From the NCBI RefSeq assembly GCF_026210795.1, contig NC_089432.1:2542001-2606000 (forward strand): a stretch of DNA of 64,000 nt, written 5' to 3'. The stretch comes from Rhizophagus irregularis. Taxonomy: Eukaryota. Under the pieces are notes generated by a model. The model worked only from the letters and a program-made list of their open reading frames with translations, was not told where the DNA came from and searched no databases. The translations under genes were made by a program, and so were the position numbers. Shown in pieces: positions 61,671 to 64,000 of the stretch (position 1 is the stretch's first letter; each line of letters starts with the position of its first letter).

Positions 61671-64000
61671 CTAATTTTTTTTAAGTATTATTAACCTATT
61701 TAGAGCTTTTTGAAATCCTTGTTTAGCAGATTGTTCATACCAATAAATTGCTTTGTCCATATCTTCTTCGATTCCGTCTCCCTTCTCATACATAACAGCA
61801 AGATTATATTGTGCAACATCCTCTCCTAAATTTGCGGCTTTTTGATGTAATTCAACTGCCCTTTTTTTATCAATACTTATTCCAATTCCGTCACTGTAAC
61901 AATATCCTAACATCATTATTCCGCTTGAATATTCTCCTTCAGCTGATTTTTTAAATAATTCAAAAGCTTTTTGATGATTTTTATCAACACCTTTTCCATT
62001 TAAATATAAAATCCCAAGATTATAAATAGCTATTAAATGTCCATTATTTGCAGCTTTATTATACCAATTAGAAGCTCTTTTAAAATCTTTTTCAACACAT
62101 TTTCCAAAATTATAAAAACAACCTAATTTAAATTGTCCCATTGCATAGCAATCTTTAGCTATTTTTTCATAATATACAAATGCTGATTTTTCACCTTTTG
62201 TAATCATTCCATGTCCAAATTCATAACAATTTCCAACATAATATTGTGCTAATATATGACCCTGTACCGATGCATTAATAAATAAATTCAATGCTCTCAC
62301 GTTATTTTCGGGTGTTCCAATTCCAAAATAATTAAAATATCCAAGTAAAAAATTGGAATTTGAATTGGTTTGGTTATATGATAGCCAATTATAGATTTCT
62401 TCTGAATTTATATTATGGTTATTAAGATAATCAAGAACATGCTGTTTTGACTCATCTTTTCTATTTTCTTCCCTAAAAATAAGATCAACTATTTCATCAA
62501 CTGCTATACTTAAATTCTTCTCAAATGAAATATTTATATTAATTTGATTATTTGTAGACATCATAAATAATTCATTTGCATTTGTATTATTGAATTTTTG
62601 AATCATTTGAGATAATTCTCCATGCAATGAATTTTCTATACTATTTGGAATTAAACTTTCATTTGACGTAGGAATAATGTGATTAAACATACTTTGTTGA
62701 TAAATTGTTGTGCTACTTGAATTTAGAGATATTCTTAATCTATTAACAACTTCATGTATTGATGGTCGTTCATTTGGTTCACAATTCCAACATTCTAATA
62801 ATTATATTTGATTAAACTATGATAAAAATAAATACAAGAACTGAAATTAATAAGTGAAAATTAAATTTACCAGTATAAAGATCAGAATAATCATTAGGAG
62901 TATCGGAAATAATTTCTTCTCTTCGACCTTGTGAAATTTTATACATTAAACTAAGATCATAATTTTCTTCATGAAATGGTGGTTTCCCACTTGATATTTC
63001 CCATAACAATACACCAATACTATATACATCGCTCTTCTCATTTAGTTTTAAATTGTCCGTTATTGCTTTCGGATCGATATAAGGAATCATACCACGTAGT
63101 CTTGATTGTGAATTAGATGATTCATCAACCCTTTTTGATAACCCAAAGTCTGCCAACTTAATGGAATTCTGATGAACTAACACATTACAGGAATGCTATA
63201 ATACACCAGCAGTATTAAATTAACTGTTAACTTAATTCATGTAAGGCCACACAAATTCGAATTTTCGGTTCACTTCACCCGGCCGGGTCACTTTTTCAAA
63301 TTTCAATAAAAAAAAGTTTATATATAAAAAATTTATCATGTGATCAGGACGTAATTTTATTGGCGGGTAAGTTTATCACGCGGCTGAGAACTTCTAGAGC
63401 GAAAATAAATTCCTCCCTTTTAAAAGTCAACCAATCAAATGTCACGATTTTATATATAAACTTTTTTTACTAATAAACAATAAACCCCGGGTCCCCGGGT
63501 TGATTTTAAATTTCAATGTTACATGAACCGAAAAATTGAATTTGTGTGGCCTAATATAGAAATTTTTTTTTAAAAAAAAATTACCAAGTCCCGGTGAACA
63601 ATCCCTTCGTCATGCAGGCATAATACAGAACAAGCTAATTGGTATCCCAAACTGTATTTATTATACCAGGTAAGTCTATGGAAATAATTTTTCAAATAGT
63701 CACGAAGAGCACCACTGTTTGCGTATTCCATTACTAATAAATAATCTTTTGTTGGATTAAGTATATTATCTAATAAAAAATGGTCATTATTAATTATTTC
63801 ATTAAAAAAAATATATATTTCAATCGTTATTAAATTTATTTAATAAAATTCTCACCTGTACCTGACTCATGTTTTGTAATTCCGTAAAAGCGAATAATGT
63901 TATCATGAAAATCTACATCTCGTTGAAGTTTAAGCTAAATTAATAATAAAAAATAAATAAATATAAAGAAAATATAAAAAAATAAATATTTTTTAGAATA
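61671..64000 (-). CDS. Kinase-Sel1 protein K7 (exons 2-5; exon 1 lies beyond the window)
   Basis: HRDL, HSCN, DFG, GMIPYIDP, SDVYSIG; Sel1 repeats; no lesion noticed in the visible exons. Confidence 0.85.
63245..63551. mobile_element. PIF/Harbinger (Tourist-like) MITE in an intron of K7, 307 bp
   Basis: TIR GGCCACACAAATTC / GAATTTGTGTGGCC; TAA TSD; absent from the K6 intron at ~55271. Confidence 0.9.

Overview
AT-rich, intron-containing eukaryotic DNA. Its gene content (kinase-Sel1 genes, HRDLH-type TKL kinases, an F-box-like family, a Crinkler-like relic) points to an arbuscular mycorrhizal fungus (Glomeromycota, Rhizophagus-like); this is inferred from gene families, not from a database match. 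The left end holds a full-length, apparently intact 8.46-kb LINE (ORF1 RRM+CCHC; ORF2 APE-RT-RNase H; poly(A); 18-bp TSD) inserted between two divergent signal-peptide kelch genes. The rest is a co-oriented (minus-strand) cluster of seven five-exon kinase-Sel1 genes: three look intact, three are disrupted and one runs off the window. There are also kinase relics, two F-box-like genes, two local duplications and many non-autonomous DNA transposons (hAT, Tc1/mariner, PIF, others). Most notable: (1) Sel1 arrays of near-identical 108-bp units with variation confined to one helix and different unit counts between paralogs, reminiscent of fungal NLR-type variable receptors; (2) a 2.28-kb RT-less, protein-coding retroposon with TSD, A-rich tail and 5' hairpin; (3) a hAT element carrying an array of hairpins; (4) repeated TA-N-TA micro-insertions that look like transposon excision footprints. 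Coordinates were read by eye and may be off by a few bases.
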